Below, piece after piece: positions 20,626 through 30,211 of a stretch of 64,000 nucleotides of DNA. Location of the stretch: positions 17,228-81,227 of the forward strand of contig JAZSOC010000034.1 in the NCBI GenBank assembly GCA_045536725.1, given 5' to 3'. The stretch is from Candidatus Nanosyncoccus sp. (GTDB lineage Bacteria; Patescibacteriota; Saccharimonadia; Saccharimonadales; Saccharimonadaceae). The notes below the pieces were generated by a model that saw nothing but the letters and a program-made list of their open reading frames with translations, did no database searches and was not told the origin of the DNA. Both the position numbers and the translations under genes were made by a program. Position 1 is the stretch's first letter. Every line of letters begins with the position of its first letter.

Positions 20626-21039
20626 ATGGAAATAGATATCAGATCATTCGTTGCCACCGATGAGGATATGGCAATAATCAAGGTCAAAAGTGACCACATT
20701 GATGAGACAGCCGTCTCATCAATCCTTGCTATTCTTAGAAAAGCTATGGAACAGCGAGGAATTGCTACACCGTGCACTAGGATGACGACTAGAAGAAGGG
20801 TGGTCGTCATTGAACTCTTTTCCGCCTCTCGGGAGATGATTAAGAAAACGATGTTATTCTTGATGGAACATCTACAAGAATACGCCAGCATCGGTATTAC
20901 CCTGGAGGAATATCTGGACAGGATTAGGAAAGGCTACTCAGTTGCTGAAACAGTCAGACCTAGCACCAAAGATCTTGGATGTTACAGTCTAATGTTTGCT
21001 AACTCGCGCCACACCAACGCGGCAGCAGCACTGGGTTAA
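20626..21039 (+). CDS. Hypothetical protein in the rpsO-pnp spacer, antisense to the operon
   Basis: 137-aa ORF with a strong SD (aaaggaggg, 6 nt before the ATG), its own promoter and palindrome, and the terminator at 21069-21097. I recognised no motif. Confidence 0.5.
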   Translation: MEIDIRSFVATDEDMAIIKVKSDHIDETAVSSILAILRKAMEQRGIATPCTRMTTRRRVVVIELFSASREMIKKTMLFLMEHLQEYASIGITLEEYLDRIRKGYSVAETVRPSTKDLGCYSLMFANSRHTNAAAALG

Positions 21040-21068
21040 ATATACTTACGCTCTCTGTTTAACAAAAA

Positions 21069-21097
21069 CCCTGCACGAATAAACGTGCAGGGTATTT
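21069..21097. terminator. Bidirectional terminator (rpsO and ORF 20626..21039)
   Basis: Stem ccctgcacg, loop aataaa, stem cgtgcaggg, flanked by an A-run and a T-run. Confidence 0.75.
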
Positions 21098-21111
21098 TAT
21101 TTGATATCTCA

Positions 21112-21378
21112 CTATTTACGTAAGCCAAGCTTTGCAACTGTGGACTTATACAAGTCAAAATCCGTCCGCTCAAGGTATTTTAGTAATCTTTTACGGCGAC
21201 CGACCATCTGCATTAAGCCACGGCGAGCCATGTAATCATGTTTATTACTCTTTGCGTGCTCGGTCACTTCTTTGATGCGCTCGGTCAAAATCGAGACCTG
21301 CACCTCTGGAGAACCAACGTCCTTCTTGTTGCGGGCCAACTTAGAAATAGCCTCTGTCTTCTTCTCTTTTGTAATCAT
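21112..21378 (-). CDS. rpsO: 30S ribosomal protein S15
   Basis: 88 aa with GSPEVQVSILTERI and RRGLMQMVGRRKRLLKYL. Confidence 0.96.
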   Translation of the reverse strand: MITKEKKTEAISKLARNKKDVGSPEVQVSILTERIKEVTEHAKSNKHDYMARRGLMQMVGRRKRLLKYLERTDFDLYKSTVAKLGLRK

Positions 21379-21393
21379 ATTATTGAAATTATA

Positions 21394-22056
21394 TCACACC
21401 CCCATAAATTTATCAAGGGTTGTCGCATCATCAACCTTATATTCACCCACTTGCGTCCGCCGAAGCGCCGTCAAATATCCCCCCACCCCCAACTTCTTCC
21501 CGATATCCTCTCCTAGTGTCCTAATATACGTCCCACTAGAAACATGACAGCATATTTTTAATTCTGGCCACTGATAATCTAAGATTTCAATACTATATAT
21601 ATTCACCTTTCGCACTGGCATCTCCACCTCTTTCCCCTCTCTCGCCAGCTTATATGCCCGTCGTCCATTAATCTTCACTGCCGAATACGCCGGCACCTTC
21701 TGCTCTATCTCCCCAACAAAACTCTGCACCGTATCTTCTACTTGTGCCCTTGAGGGCATAATATCTAATGACCCACTCTCAGAAATTACGCCCTCTGGAT
21801 CACCAGTAGATGACGTCGCCCCAAGCCTTATCGTCGCTTCATACTTTTTATCTAGCTTCAAAAATTCATTAGACCTCTTTGTCCCTTTCCCAGTTAGCAA
21901 AATTAAAAGTCCTGTTGCAAAAGGATCTAGTGTCCCCGTATGTCCCACTTTCACTTTGTGACCAGCTTGCTCAGATAACACCCGTCGCACTCTTGCCACC
22001 ACCCCAAAAGAACTCATCCCAGCAGGCTTATCAACAAGTAAAATCTCATTATTCAT
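21394..22056 (-). CDS. truB: tRNA pseudouridine-55 synthase TruB
   Basis: 220 aa with LVDKPAGMSSF and the catalytic GHTGTLDPFATG motif. Confidence 0.92.
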   Translation of the reverse strand: MNNEILLVDKPAGMSSFGVVARVRRVLSEQAGHKVKVGHTGTLDPFATGLLILLTGKGTKRSNEFLKLDKKYEATIRLGATSSTGDPEGVISESGSLDIMPSRAQVEDTVQSFVGEIEQKVPAYSAVKINGRRAYKLAREGKEVEMPVRKVNIYSIEILDYQWPELKICCHVSSGTYIRTLGEDIGKKLGVGGYLTALRRTQVGEYKVDDATTLDKFMGV

Positions 22057-22073
22057 ACCCCCATTATATCATG

Positions 22074-23528
22074 CTACATTCCTGGGATTTGGAAAGACCC
22101 CGGATCCGCTAATCCATCAGCCGCATCAGGCTTTGGCAGTAGAGCATCCGCCGCAGAACTCTCTGGTTCACCCGTTTGCTCAGTATTTACTTCGCTTGGA
22201 TCCATCTCTATCTCTGGCAACATCGGTGTTTCCGCACCCAAATCAATTGGCGGCAATGGCGGTGGCGGCAAGTTAATGTCGTCTGGTAATGGCAAATCAG
22301 GATTTACTGATACCTCTGCTTCTGCCGGCTCAATCACCGGCTCAGCCGGAGCTGATTCAGTCTTCCCCTCTTCTGACTGCACCGTCGTCCCAAAATTCAT
22401 CTCTGGGATGTTATTTGCCTCCTTCTCCTCTATCTCTGGAGCCACAGTCGCTGCCGGATTTTGCCCCGGTACAAACTCTGGTGGCTTCACATCATTAGCT
22501 ACTTGTTTTAGCTGCTCCAATAACGGATCCTGCTCTGGCGCTGGCTGCACCATCTGTTCCAATTTTTCTACTGCTTCCGCAGCTTCGCTATTTTCCTCAG
22601 GCTTGACCCCTTCCTCATCGCGATGAACTTTCAGTTCTGTTTTATCTTTCTCCCCCTCTACCTCATCTTGCTTTGGAGTTTCCTCAGTAGCTTCCTCGGG
22701 TGCACTCTCTAGTACTTCCTCATGAATCTCCTCTGAAGTCTCTCCATGAGTCTCTTCTGGCACCGTCTCGCCAGCTAACTCTATATTGTCGGCAATTAAC
22801 TTCTGATCTGCCCCCTTCTTCATTAGTTCAGATGCCACATTTAACGTCTCTGGCTTAGTTCTATCATTAGAAAATCTATCCGTCGATGCCACAATTCCCG
22901 TCAAGAATGCCGTCGCCATCTCTGGCGCCATCTTCTTTGCTACATCGCCCATCTCCATCACCAGATTCACCACCATCTCACTCACCGAGCTAGCCTTTGC
23001 GTCATTCCATTCCAAATCTGCAAATTTCCCTGGCTCACCCGCCGTAATATTAATCGCCGATGCATCATGCATAATCCTGCCATACTCAGACAATGCCGCA
23101 TCCAACTCTTCCGGCGCTTTGACATTCAGCGCAATAATCAAATCCACATTAAAGTCACCATGCGAAAATTCTAAATCTTTCTCAGATATCTCTGTCTTAT
23201 ACGGCGTAATATATACCTTAACATAGTCCCCCTCCACCTTATAGCGCAAGTGATCGGCCTTATCTTTATTCAGTGCAATAATAAAATCTTGCAGGGAGTT
23301 AGTATCAGATTCAAAAGTCTCTTCTGGCTTCAAGAACCTCAAAGCATTTGGCGTCACCCCAGAGTAAATCGCTGTTGCGTGCTTTCCTACCTCGTCTAAA
23401 AGCATCGTCAGCCCAATCGCCGCCGCCATCTCATCTACCGACGGATTCTTTGATAACGCCACCAAAATATTCTCAGAAGATTTAATCTTCTCTTTAATTT
23501 CTTCAATAATCTGATTTGTATCTGCCAT
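22074..23528 (-). CDS. DHH/NrnA-like protein with degenerate catalytic motifs and a long acidic, Pro-rich tail
   Basis: The N-terminal 230 aa follow the NrnA layout (TGIVASTDRFSN resembles GIltDTggF). The DHH position reads LIIALN and motif I reads SKNPSVDE. The C-terminal 250 aa are rich in E, P and A. Confidence 0.4.
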   Translation of the reverse strand: MADTNQIIEEIKEKIKSSENILVALSKNPSVDEMAAAIGLTMLLDEVGKHATAIYSGVTPNALRFLKPEETFESDTNSLQDFIIALNKDKADHLRYKVEGDYVKVYITPYKTEISEKDLEFSHGDFNVDLIIALNVKAPEELDAALSEYGRIMHDASAINITAGEPGKFADLEWNDAKASSVSEMVVNLVMEMGDVAKKMAPEMATAFLTGIVASTDRFSNDRTKPETLNVASELMKKGADQKLIADNIELAGETVPEETHGETSEEIHEEVLESAPEEATEETPKQDEVEGEKDKTELKVHRDEEGVKPEENSEAAEAVEKLEQMVQPAPEQDPLLEQLKQVANDVKPPEFVPGQNPAATVAPEIEEKEANNIPEMNFGTTVQSEEGKTESAPAEPVIEPAEAEVSVNPDLPLPDDINLPPPPLPPIDLGAETPMLPEIEMDPSEVNTEQTGEPESSAADALLPKPDAADGLADPGSFQIPGM

Positions 23529-23669
23529 TTTTGTTTGACCTTATTTTCTACCCCTATATTAACATAAGAATATTCAAAAAACAAGTAAAATCTCTTTACA
23601 AACTCACAAAAATACGTTAAACTATAAGCATTAAGGTCTAAATTATTTATTATTAATGGGGTCTCCACA

Positions 23670-24305
23670 ATGACAAAAAATATTTCAACAAAAATTATTG
23701 CCACCCTTGGGCTCACCGCGGCTCTAGGTGTCGCAGCTCTACCAATTAGCTCATACGCTACGGTGCGTTCAGATCAAGACACTACTACTGTCTCTGCCAC
23801 CGTTAATCCTGTCCTCTCTTTAAGAGGTACCAGCAATAACCCAGAAGTCAACATGAACGCAAGTGATGTCAATGCTAACATCTATACTCTGTTAGAAGCC
23901 ACTTGCAATGTCTTATCTGGCTACACTATCACCGCCAATACCACTACTGGTGGCGGCACCGCCCTTGTTCACACTACTGATAGCAGATACACTATCCCTT
24001 CATATACTACTGCCACTGTACTTACTGCCGCTCCTGGTTGGGGTATGGCTGTTTCCGGCACAGAAACCACCGGCTCCAGCTTTCCACTCCTCTCTTCTAA
24101 CACTTTCTTAGGCCTTGGTGTCACTCACACTGATCCAGTTTCTGGTGACACTGTTGCCGATAATATCGTCACTAACACCGGCGCTCTTACTTCTGGCGTC
24201 ACCTACCGTGACACTAAAGTCACTTACGGCATCTCTACTCCAGATACTGCTGCCGCTGGCCGCTACACCGGTGGCGTTACTTTCACTATCGCCGTCAACC
24301 AATAG
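23670..24305 (+). CDS. Secreted surface protein (beta-rich, Thr/Gly-rich)
   Basis: Signal peptide (…ALPISSYA) and a C-terminal ...AAAGRYTGGVTFTIAVNQ. It shares its layout with the N-terminal domain of 53394..54704. Confidence 0.5.
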   Translation: MTKNISTKIIATLGLTAALGVAALPISSYATVRSDQDTTTVSATVNPVLSLRGTSNNPEVNMNASDVNANIYTLLEATCNVLSGYTITANTTTGGGTALVHTTDSRYTIPSYTTATVLTAAPGWGMAVSGTETTGSSFPLLSSNTFLGLGVTHTDPVSGDTVADNIVTNTGALTSGVTYRDTKVTYGISTPDTAAAGRYTGGVTFTIAVNQ

Positions 24306-24381
24306 TCACCCCTTTACATTCTGATTAAAAAGGTGTATAATTACACAAACTATATATTACTAACCTATAAGAGGAATCAGA

Positions 24382-24735
24382 ATGCCGATTATTAAATCTG
24401 CTAAGAAAGCCGCACGTCAGGCTGTCAAACGCAACAAGAACAATCAACAAATCAAAAAGATAATTAAGACCTCCCTTAAAGCTTTCCGTGCCAACCCTAG
24501 CACAGAAACTTTATCCAAAGCTCAGTCTGAGTATGACAAAGCCGCTAAAAAGGGCCTCATCAAGAAGAATACTGCTTCCCGTCGTAAGGCTGCCCTTTCT
24601 AAAATTGCTAAAGCAGCCGGCGTCAAGCCTGCCGCTAAGAGCACCACTAAGGCTCCAGCCAAGAAAGCTCCAGCCGCTAAGAAGGCTACAGCGAAGAAAC
24701 CCGCAGCAAAAAAGACTGTATCAAAGGCCAAGTAG
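24382..24735 (+). CDS. rpsT: 30S ribosomal protein S20 with a Lys/Ala-rich C-terminal extension
   Basis: The N-terminus MPIIKSAKKAARQAVKRNKNN is the S20 signature. SD aagagg lies upstream. The last 35 aa or so form an AKKxxA histone-H1-like tail. Confidence 0.9.
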   Translation: MPIIKSAKKAARQAVKRNKNNQQIKKIIKTSLKAFRANPSTETLSKAQSEYDKAAKKGLIKKNTASRRKAALSKIAKAAGVKPAAKSTTKAPAKKAPAAKKATAKKPAAKKTVSKAK

Positions 24736-25300
24736 TGCTCACGCCACTATCGCCTTTCATCTGCATATCAAGTTTAGAGAGTTCCAGTAGGACTCTCTTT
24801 TCTTTAGCCCCATGCCGCCATTCATACTTTTTCACCGCCTGCGAAACAAGTAGCCCAAAGAACATAAAAGGCTCCTGTTCCTCCCTTATCTCTTCCAACA
24901 TTTTTACCGCCTTCTCCCCATCTTTTAGGGCTGTATCATAAATCTCAAAGATTATCTTTCTGTCTACCACCTGAGTAATCTTAAATTCCTTAATGCTCAC
25001 CCTCTGATCTTTTGCCAGCCTCTTGATAATCGCCATCCGCTTATCCAGTTTCTCTTCCCATAACACTACTTCGTGCTTCGTATCCAGATACTCCTCAAGC
25101 TCCGCAAAAACGTTCTTATTCATTGATAAATTCTTTACTACAATCTTCCTCTCACCAAAAATTGACATCCCAAAGAATATATCCGGCAAATCATTTTTTG
25201 TCAGCTCCTCCCCATCCATCACTTCATAGTCATCGCCAAAAAGTTTCTTAATCTCTTTCTGAGCTTTCACTCTATCATCACCATAATATATATAAATCAT
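24686..25300 (-). CDS. holA: DNA polymerase III delta subunit (short form)
   Basis: MIYIYYGDD...SIFGERKIVVKN resembles the delta N-domain. The start shares an ATGA overlap with the mutM stop (25297-25300). rpsT-holA synteny is conserved. Confidence 0.55.
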   Translation of the reverse strand: MIYIYYGDDRVKAQKEIKKLFGDDYEVMDGEELTKNDLPDIFFGMSIFGERKIVVKNLSMNKNVFAELEEYLDTKHEVVLWEEKLDKRMAIIKRLAKDQRVSIKEFKITQVVDRKIIFEIYDTALKDGEKAVKMLEEIREEQEPFMFFGLLVSQAVKKYEWRHGAKEKRVLLELSKLDMQMKGDSGVSTTWPLIQSFLLRVSSL

Positions 25301-26151
25301 TTTTTCTCCTTCTGGCAATGTGGGCAAATATGTGTCCCCCGCCCTACAACTCTAATCTTCATAATTTCATGTCCACACCGCGAGCAAGGCTGCCCTTCTC
25401 TTCGAAAAACTTTTGCAAATAACTCCAAATAATTCCCCTTCGTTCCATCCGCCCGCACATAAGTCGCCATCGTCGAGCCACCAGAATCTATCGACGCCCG
25501 CATCACTTTCGCCGCCCCATCCAAAATATTCTTCGCATCTTCCAGACTTAGCGCCCCACACAGACTTCGCGGATCTATCCCCGCATCAAATAATGCCTCA
25601 TCCGCATAGATGTTCCCTATTCCCGCCACTACCTTTTGGTCCAAAATCACCCCTTTTACCGGCGACCCCTTCCTCCGCTTAAAAACTTCATATAATTTCT
25701 CTGGCTGAAGATCCCAAGGCTCCGGCGCTAGACTCGCAATAAACCTATCCTGCTCCATCTCCTCTGTCGGCAAGACTTTCACAAATCCAAATTTCCGCTG
25801 ATCATTAAAAAACAGCACCCCATCTTCAAACTTAAAAACTACTCTAGTCTGCTTATTTGGCAACTCCGCCGTAAAATTCTCGCTCGGATGCCCCGCAGCA
25901 TATCGCTCATCTCCCACCCATATAATTTGTCCAGTCATCCTAAGATGTATCAACATTGTAATACCATTAGAAAGGTCAATCAATAATGCCTTCCCCCTCC
26001 GTCGCACCAAAACAACCTCCGCTCCAGCTACAACCTCTCTCGGCCCAATAAAAGATTTCTCACAAAAAACCGTCACAGAAGTAATCTTCTTTCCAATGAT
26101 AAACTTGGAAAGCCCCCGCCGAATTGTCTCTACCTCTGGAAGCTCTGGCAT
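25297..26151 (-). CDS. mutM: Formamidopyrimidine-DNA glycosylase
   Basis: MPELPEVETIRR N-terminus, an H2TH region, and a C-terminal zinc finger CSRCG...CPHC. Confidence 0.93.
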   Translation of the reverse strand: MPELPEVETIRRGLSKFIIGKKITSVTVFCEKSFIGPREVVAGAEVVLVRRRGKALLIDLSNGITMLIHLRMTGQIIWVGDERYAAGHPSENFTAELPNKQTRVVFKFEDGVLFFNDQRKFGFVKVLPTEEMEQDRFIASLAPEPWDLQPEKLYEVFKRRKGSPVKGVILDQKVVAGIGNIYADEALFDAGIDPRSLCGALSLEDAKNILDGAAKVMRASIDSGGSTMATYVRADGTKGNYLELFAKVFRREGQPCSRCGHEIMKIRVVGRGTHICPHCQKEKK

Positions 26152-26191
26152 AATTCTATTGTAACATAAAAAGAGCCCCGAAGGGCCCTTT

Positions 26192-26728
26192 CTAATCTAG
26201 TTTTACTTCCGTAATCAGGCAATCAATATTCTCGTCAAGTTCAAAACTCACATATTCAATTGAATCTTGGATGTAATCATATTCTCGACTCATTAAGCCT
26301 TTCCCATATTTATCACGAAAATAATTCAAACCCGTTATAAATGGTGTAGATAACTTAAGCGCTATAATGTATGTCTGCGGATTTCCAGCTTTCAGTGCAC
26401 TAATTGATAGTTTTCTTTCTAATACACTACAACCAAAATCTTTCCTGACTATAACATTCTTACGAATAGCGACCAAACCTCTCAGTTTCTGCGTCCACGC
26501 TTCCAGCAGTTCCATCTCGCTCAACGCAGAATATTCATTCTGCATCCTGAAAAAATCAACAGTTTCCATCCTCTCACGCTCAGCGACTTTTGAAAGCATC
26601 GCATCCGACTCTCTGCTGTCCATCCCCACCACGATAATCGCCACCGGCCGGAGCAACTTGCTCTTTTGCTGTTCCTCAATCATCTGACACAGTTTCTCGC
26701 CATCAACACTTGTCATTACTTTTCTCAT
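26192..26728 (-). CDS. Hypothetical cytoplasmic protein (degenerate P-loop-like)
   Basis: 178-aa ORF with SD aggagg upstream. AIIVVGMDSRES resembles a decayed Walker A. It lies downstream of the large membrane protein gene. Confidence 0.4.
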   Translation of the reverse strand: MRKVMTSVDGEKLCQMIEEQQKSKLLRPVAIIVVGMDSRESDAMLSKVAERERMETVDFFRMQNEYSALSEMELLEAWTQKLRGLVAIRKNVIVRKDFGCSVLERKLSISALKAGNPQTYIIALKLSTPFITGLNYFRDKYGKGLMSREYDYIQDSIEYVSFELDENIDCLITEVKLD

Positions 26729-26830
26729 AGGCCCTCCTCCTATCTCACTAGATTAACAGTTACTAAAAAACTCAAAGTATACACTTTGCTAATCGCAATT
26801 ATACCTTATTTTTTAAGTTTTAGCAAGTTG

Positions 26831-29800
26831 CTACATATTTATTTTAGTCCAGCCCGCATTCCCCACCGTTGCATCCATATTCCCTAGCACCTTACCATTC
26901 TTTGCATCCCAATATTCACCGTTAGCATTTTTCAAATAAATCTCACCTTTATTATTTGTGTATGCCTCCGTCGCGTTAAATCCGCTCTTTTCATAACCAT
27001 TCAGTACTCCAGACTGCCCCGCAATATTGCCACCATTAGCAAACTTTAAGGCTTTCTTTCCTGCCATCTGCGAGCTAAACTCTGCCTTCGTCGTCTTTGC
27101 GTCCTTATGCTCAACCTTATTCCCCTCCATGTCTCGCACATCATTACTTGGGTTCATTGCCGCAACCTGTTCAAGTACAGGTCTCTTCCCGGCATCTGAA
27201 GCAATGCCAGTCTTCACTGCTGGAGGAGCATTCTCGCTTACCATTGCATTTGCCATCTGCGAAGTGAACTTCCCATCCACAGTATCACGCTTGAGAGCTG
27301 TAGTATTCTGCGTCATACGATCATCCATCGTCTGATCTGAGCCAAATGCAGCATCGTTAATATTCTTATATTCACCAGCCTTATTCATACCTCTAGAATT
27401 CGCAAATTCAAAAGCTGTTTTATCTCTTCTCTTTAGCTGCTGCGCAAACTTGTCATTATTTGACATATAGCTTTGAATTTTTGCCAGTTTCGCCTGGTTA
27501 CTGAGTGCATTTGCGGTATATTTCCCATCGGCATCCTTCTCTTCTATATTAAAGCTTGCATCAGAAAGCATTGATGAAATATAATCAGCCGTACCCTTCA
27601 TGTCTTGTGACGCCGCCCTCTCCATTGCTATATCAAAATCGCCTTTACCATCTAGCGCCTCAGATACTCTCCCATTCAAAACGGAATTTGGCTGCCATTC
27701 ATCCGCTATTCTATCAAGATACGCTCCAGCCACACGGTCTTTCTGTTGCGTCTCTTCCCAAGCTTGATTCTGCCGTGCCAACTGCCGCCTAAATCCAGTT
27801 CTCTTTCCAAACTTAGTATTTGCTATTTTATTTCGCCAGCTAGTACCCTTCGTCGCCTGTAATTGCTGATGCGTCTTATAAGCATCACTCCCTTTCACTG
27901 CCTTTATACCCTTATCGGTCGCCTTCTGACCAAAGCCTCTAATCTTATCACCAATACCATTAATGGCTTTTAGCGACCCACTCACTAATGGAATAATAAA
28001 GAAGTACGGAGCGCATAGTAATAATAGCCCAACCAATTGGAAGATAAAACTCCCAGAATCCACCAGCAATATAATCCTCGCTGCAAAGTAGAACCCACCA
28101 ATTAATAGCCCTACTGCCGGATATACCAGTAATAAATTAATAAACAACTTGCTCCATTTTTGGAAAAGTTTATTGGTATTTGGCAGTATATAAAGCACAA
28201 ATGCGATCGGTGATGTCACCACCAAAAGCAATATAGCTGCCTGCCTCACGCCTAATATTACAAACCCAAAGAATACTGCTACCAGCCCTGACAGTATCGT
28301 CAATAATAGTGGCAATACCCACAACATACCAGTCAAAACCGTCGCCACCGCCCCAGAAGTTATCGCTAAAATTATTACTTCTATCGCACCACCTACAGTC
28401 GTGAAAGTCCCACCAGCACTACCACCTTTCACCCCTCCAGATACTACTACATTTTTCACCTGATCATTAGCCAGCCCTATCAACAAATCTTTCAGTCCCG
28501 CCCCAAAGATGTTTGAAAGATCCACCGCCAATTGGCAAATTAAGAATGAAAAGTTCACTAGTACTGCTGTTACAATCAACCTTGGTAAAGCTCTTTTAAT
28601 CCCGTAATTATCTATCCCCACACCAGTAAGCTGGGAAAATATCACGACCAAGAACATTATAATAAAGACTATATTCGCAATATTCCTAAATAGCGACCAA
28701 GCTCCATACACCCCATTATTCCCATCCACTGCCAAAGAGCTAAGTATCCCAGAATTAGTTTGTAGTAGTGGCTCTATATACTTACCATAAATACTCGAGA
28801 GTGCATCACTCGCCGCTTTAATTACTGGGCAAACAAACCACCCCAATGCACCAGATGCCGTATAACATGGATCACTCTCCGCCTTTTCCCCCTCCTCATC
28901 ACTTTTACTAGATGTCGTTCCATCTGGTCCCATCAGTACATCATCGTCTGGACTCAATTTAAACATTGCCTCAATCACGTCCTTAAATGTCATTGCTTTA
29001 TCTAGGACATATCCAGACCCACCTTCACTAAATCCAGACACTTTCAGATTAGCATAGTTACTATCTACGGACACAGTACACCAACCATCAGTTGTTTTTA
29101 TCCAATATTTTGTAGAGCCACCACTCGTCTCCACTGCACTACTTGGTTTATTTTTTTGGCACTGCTCAGCTCTATCGGATTGTGTTGTCTTATATACGTC
29201 AGCCAAATAATATCCATATAGCTCATATTTCTCATTATCACTAAATTTGCTTCTCTCGGCCCCAGATAAGTACTTAGCAAAAACTTTATATGCACTCGAA
29301 AAAGTCCCTCTCCGTTTTTCAGTTTCTTTTACACTGTATTCATTACTTAGCTGTGTACTGTCACTCTTCTCGTTATAGCTGCCCTTGAATACCACATCTC
29401 CGCCATCTCGCACATTGGAAATCACACACTGTATCGCGTCATAGTTTTTAAATGCCTCGACGCTAGAAACGTCATATTTTCCGTTTTTATTCGGCACCGC
29501 AGTCTGTGCAAATGAACAATCTCCGTATTTATCATCATGTGCAACCAGTTGCCCCAGGCCGCCCATCCATATCTTTTTAGAGTCACTACTCTTTGCCGCA
29601 TATGCCAGCTCTATCGGACTATCAAACCCATTCTTTAAATCTACTTCATTCCAACAGATATTGCCAACTTTAGACCAACTATCCCCTTCTCTACCAGTGC
29701 CAGTCGTTATATCGACACAATACTTCTTATTATTTGTCGTCGAGGTGCCACTCGCCTCCGTATAGCCTATATTCTTTACAAAATTTACGATTTCCGTCTT

Positions 29801-30211
29801 TGAAGTGCTGCCATTTACAACTGCGGTCTTACCATAAGCCTCAAACACCCCTTTCATACTCCCACCGTATGTACCGACACCAGTCTTATCTCCTAAGAAT
29901 ATCTCATAACAACCCACCTTTGGTACCCCACCTGAAGTATCATCAATCGTATTCCCCACCTTTGACGGTAAAAAGATATTGGTCGATGATTTCTTCTTCG
30001 CCTTCAATATACTCTTAGCAAACGTATCATAATCATCAACATTCACCGATGAAACAAGATTAGAGCTATTATAACAATCATACGCCGAATTTAAGATAGC
30101 CTTTTTATATAGACCGTTCTTCGTTGCATAAGTTTTATTCACTGGAACAACCGCAAAAACAGCAGCGAATAATACAATCAGACCTAATTTCTTCATTTTA
30201 TTCACTGCCAC
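26831..30211 (-). CDS. Large polytopic membrane protein (VirB6/TrbL/TcpH-like topology, speculative)
   Basis: 1126 aa with a signal peptide and an extracellular domain of about 450 aa. About 8 hydrophobic helices span aa 500-760, followed by a hydrophilic C-terminal domain of about 370 aa. Confidence 0.5.
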   Translation of the reverse strand: MAVNKMKKLGLIVLFAAVFAVVPVNKTYATKNGLYKKAILNSAYDCYNSSNLVSSVNVDDYDTFAKSILKAKKKSSTNIFLPSKVGNTIDDTSGGVPKVGCYEIFLGDKTGVGTYGGSMKGVFEAYGKTAVVNGSTSKTEIVNFVKNIGYTEASGTSTTNNKKYCVDITTGTGREGDSWSKVGNICWNEVDLKNGFDSPIELAYAAKSSDSKKIWMGGLGQLVAHDDKYGDCSFAQTAVPNKNGKYDVSSVEAFKNYDAIQCVISNVRDGGDVVFKGSYNEKSDSTQLSNEYSVKETEKRRGTFSSAYKVFAKYLSGAERSKFSDNEKYELYGYYLADVYKTTQSDRAEQCQKNKPSSAVETSGGSTKYWIKTTDGWCTVSVDSNYANLKVSGFSEGGSGYVLDKAMTFKDVIEAMFKLSPDDDVLMGPDGTTSSKSDEEGEKAESDPCYTASGALGWFVCPVIKAASDALSSIYGKYIEPLLQTNSGILSSLAVDGNNGVYGAWSLFRNIANIVFIIMFLVVIFSQLTGVGIDNYGIKRALPRLIVTAVLVNFSFLICQLAVDLSNIFGAGLKDLLIGLANDQVKNVVVSGGVKGGSAGGTFTTVGGAIEVIILAITSGAVATVLTGMLWVLPLLLTILSGLVAVFFGFVILGVRQAAILLLVVTSPIAFVLYILPNTNKLFQKWSKLFINLLLVYPAVGLLIGGFYFAARIILLVDSGSFIFQLVGLLLLCAPYFFIIPLVSGSLKAINGIGDKIRGFGQKATDKGIKAVKGSDAYKTHQQLQATKGTSWRNKIANTKFGKRTGFRRQLARQNQAWEETQQKDRVAGAYLDRIADEWQPNSVLNGRVSEALDGKGDFDIAMERAASQDMKGTADYISSMLSDASFNIEEKDADGKYTANALSNQAKLAKIQSYMSNNDKFAQQLKRRDKTAFEFANSRGMNKAGEYKNINDAAFGSDQTMDDRMTQNTTALKRDTVDGKFTSQMANAMVSENAPPAVKTGIASDAGKRPVLEQVAAMNPSNDVRDMEGNKVEHKDAKTTKAEFSSQMAGKKALKFANGGNIAGQSGVLNGYEKSGFNATEAYTNNKGEIYLKNANGEYWDAKNGKVLGNMDATVGNAGWTKINM

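Noticed and set aside
23435-23716. 93-aa minus-strand ORF across the 23529-23669 intergenic region
   Set aside because: It overlaps the 5' ends of two well-supported divergent genes. It is AT-rich promoter sequence, and its composition is unlike that of a coding region.
26785-26827. Inverted repeat tttgctaa / ttagcaag flanking the -10 box of the 178-aa gene, as an operator
   Set aside because: The arms match at only 7/8 with a 27-nt spacer and no second occurrence in the window. This is too weak to call.
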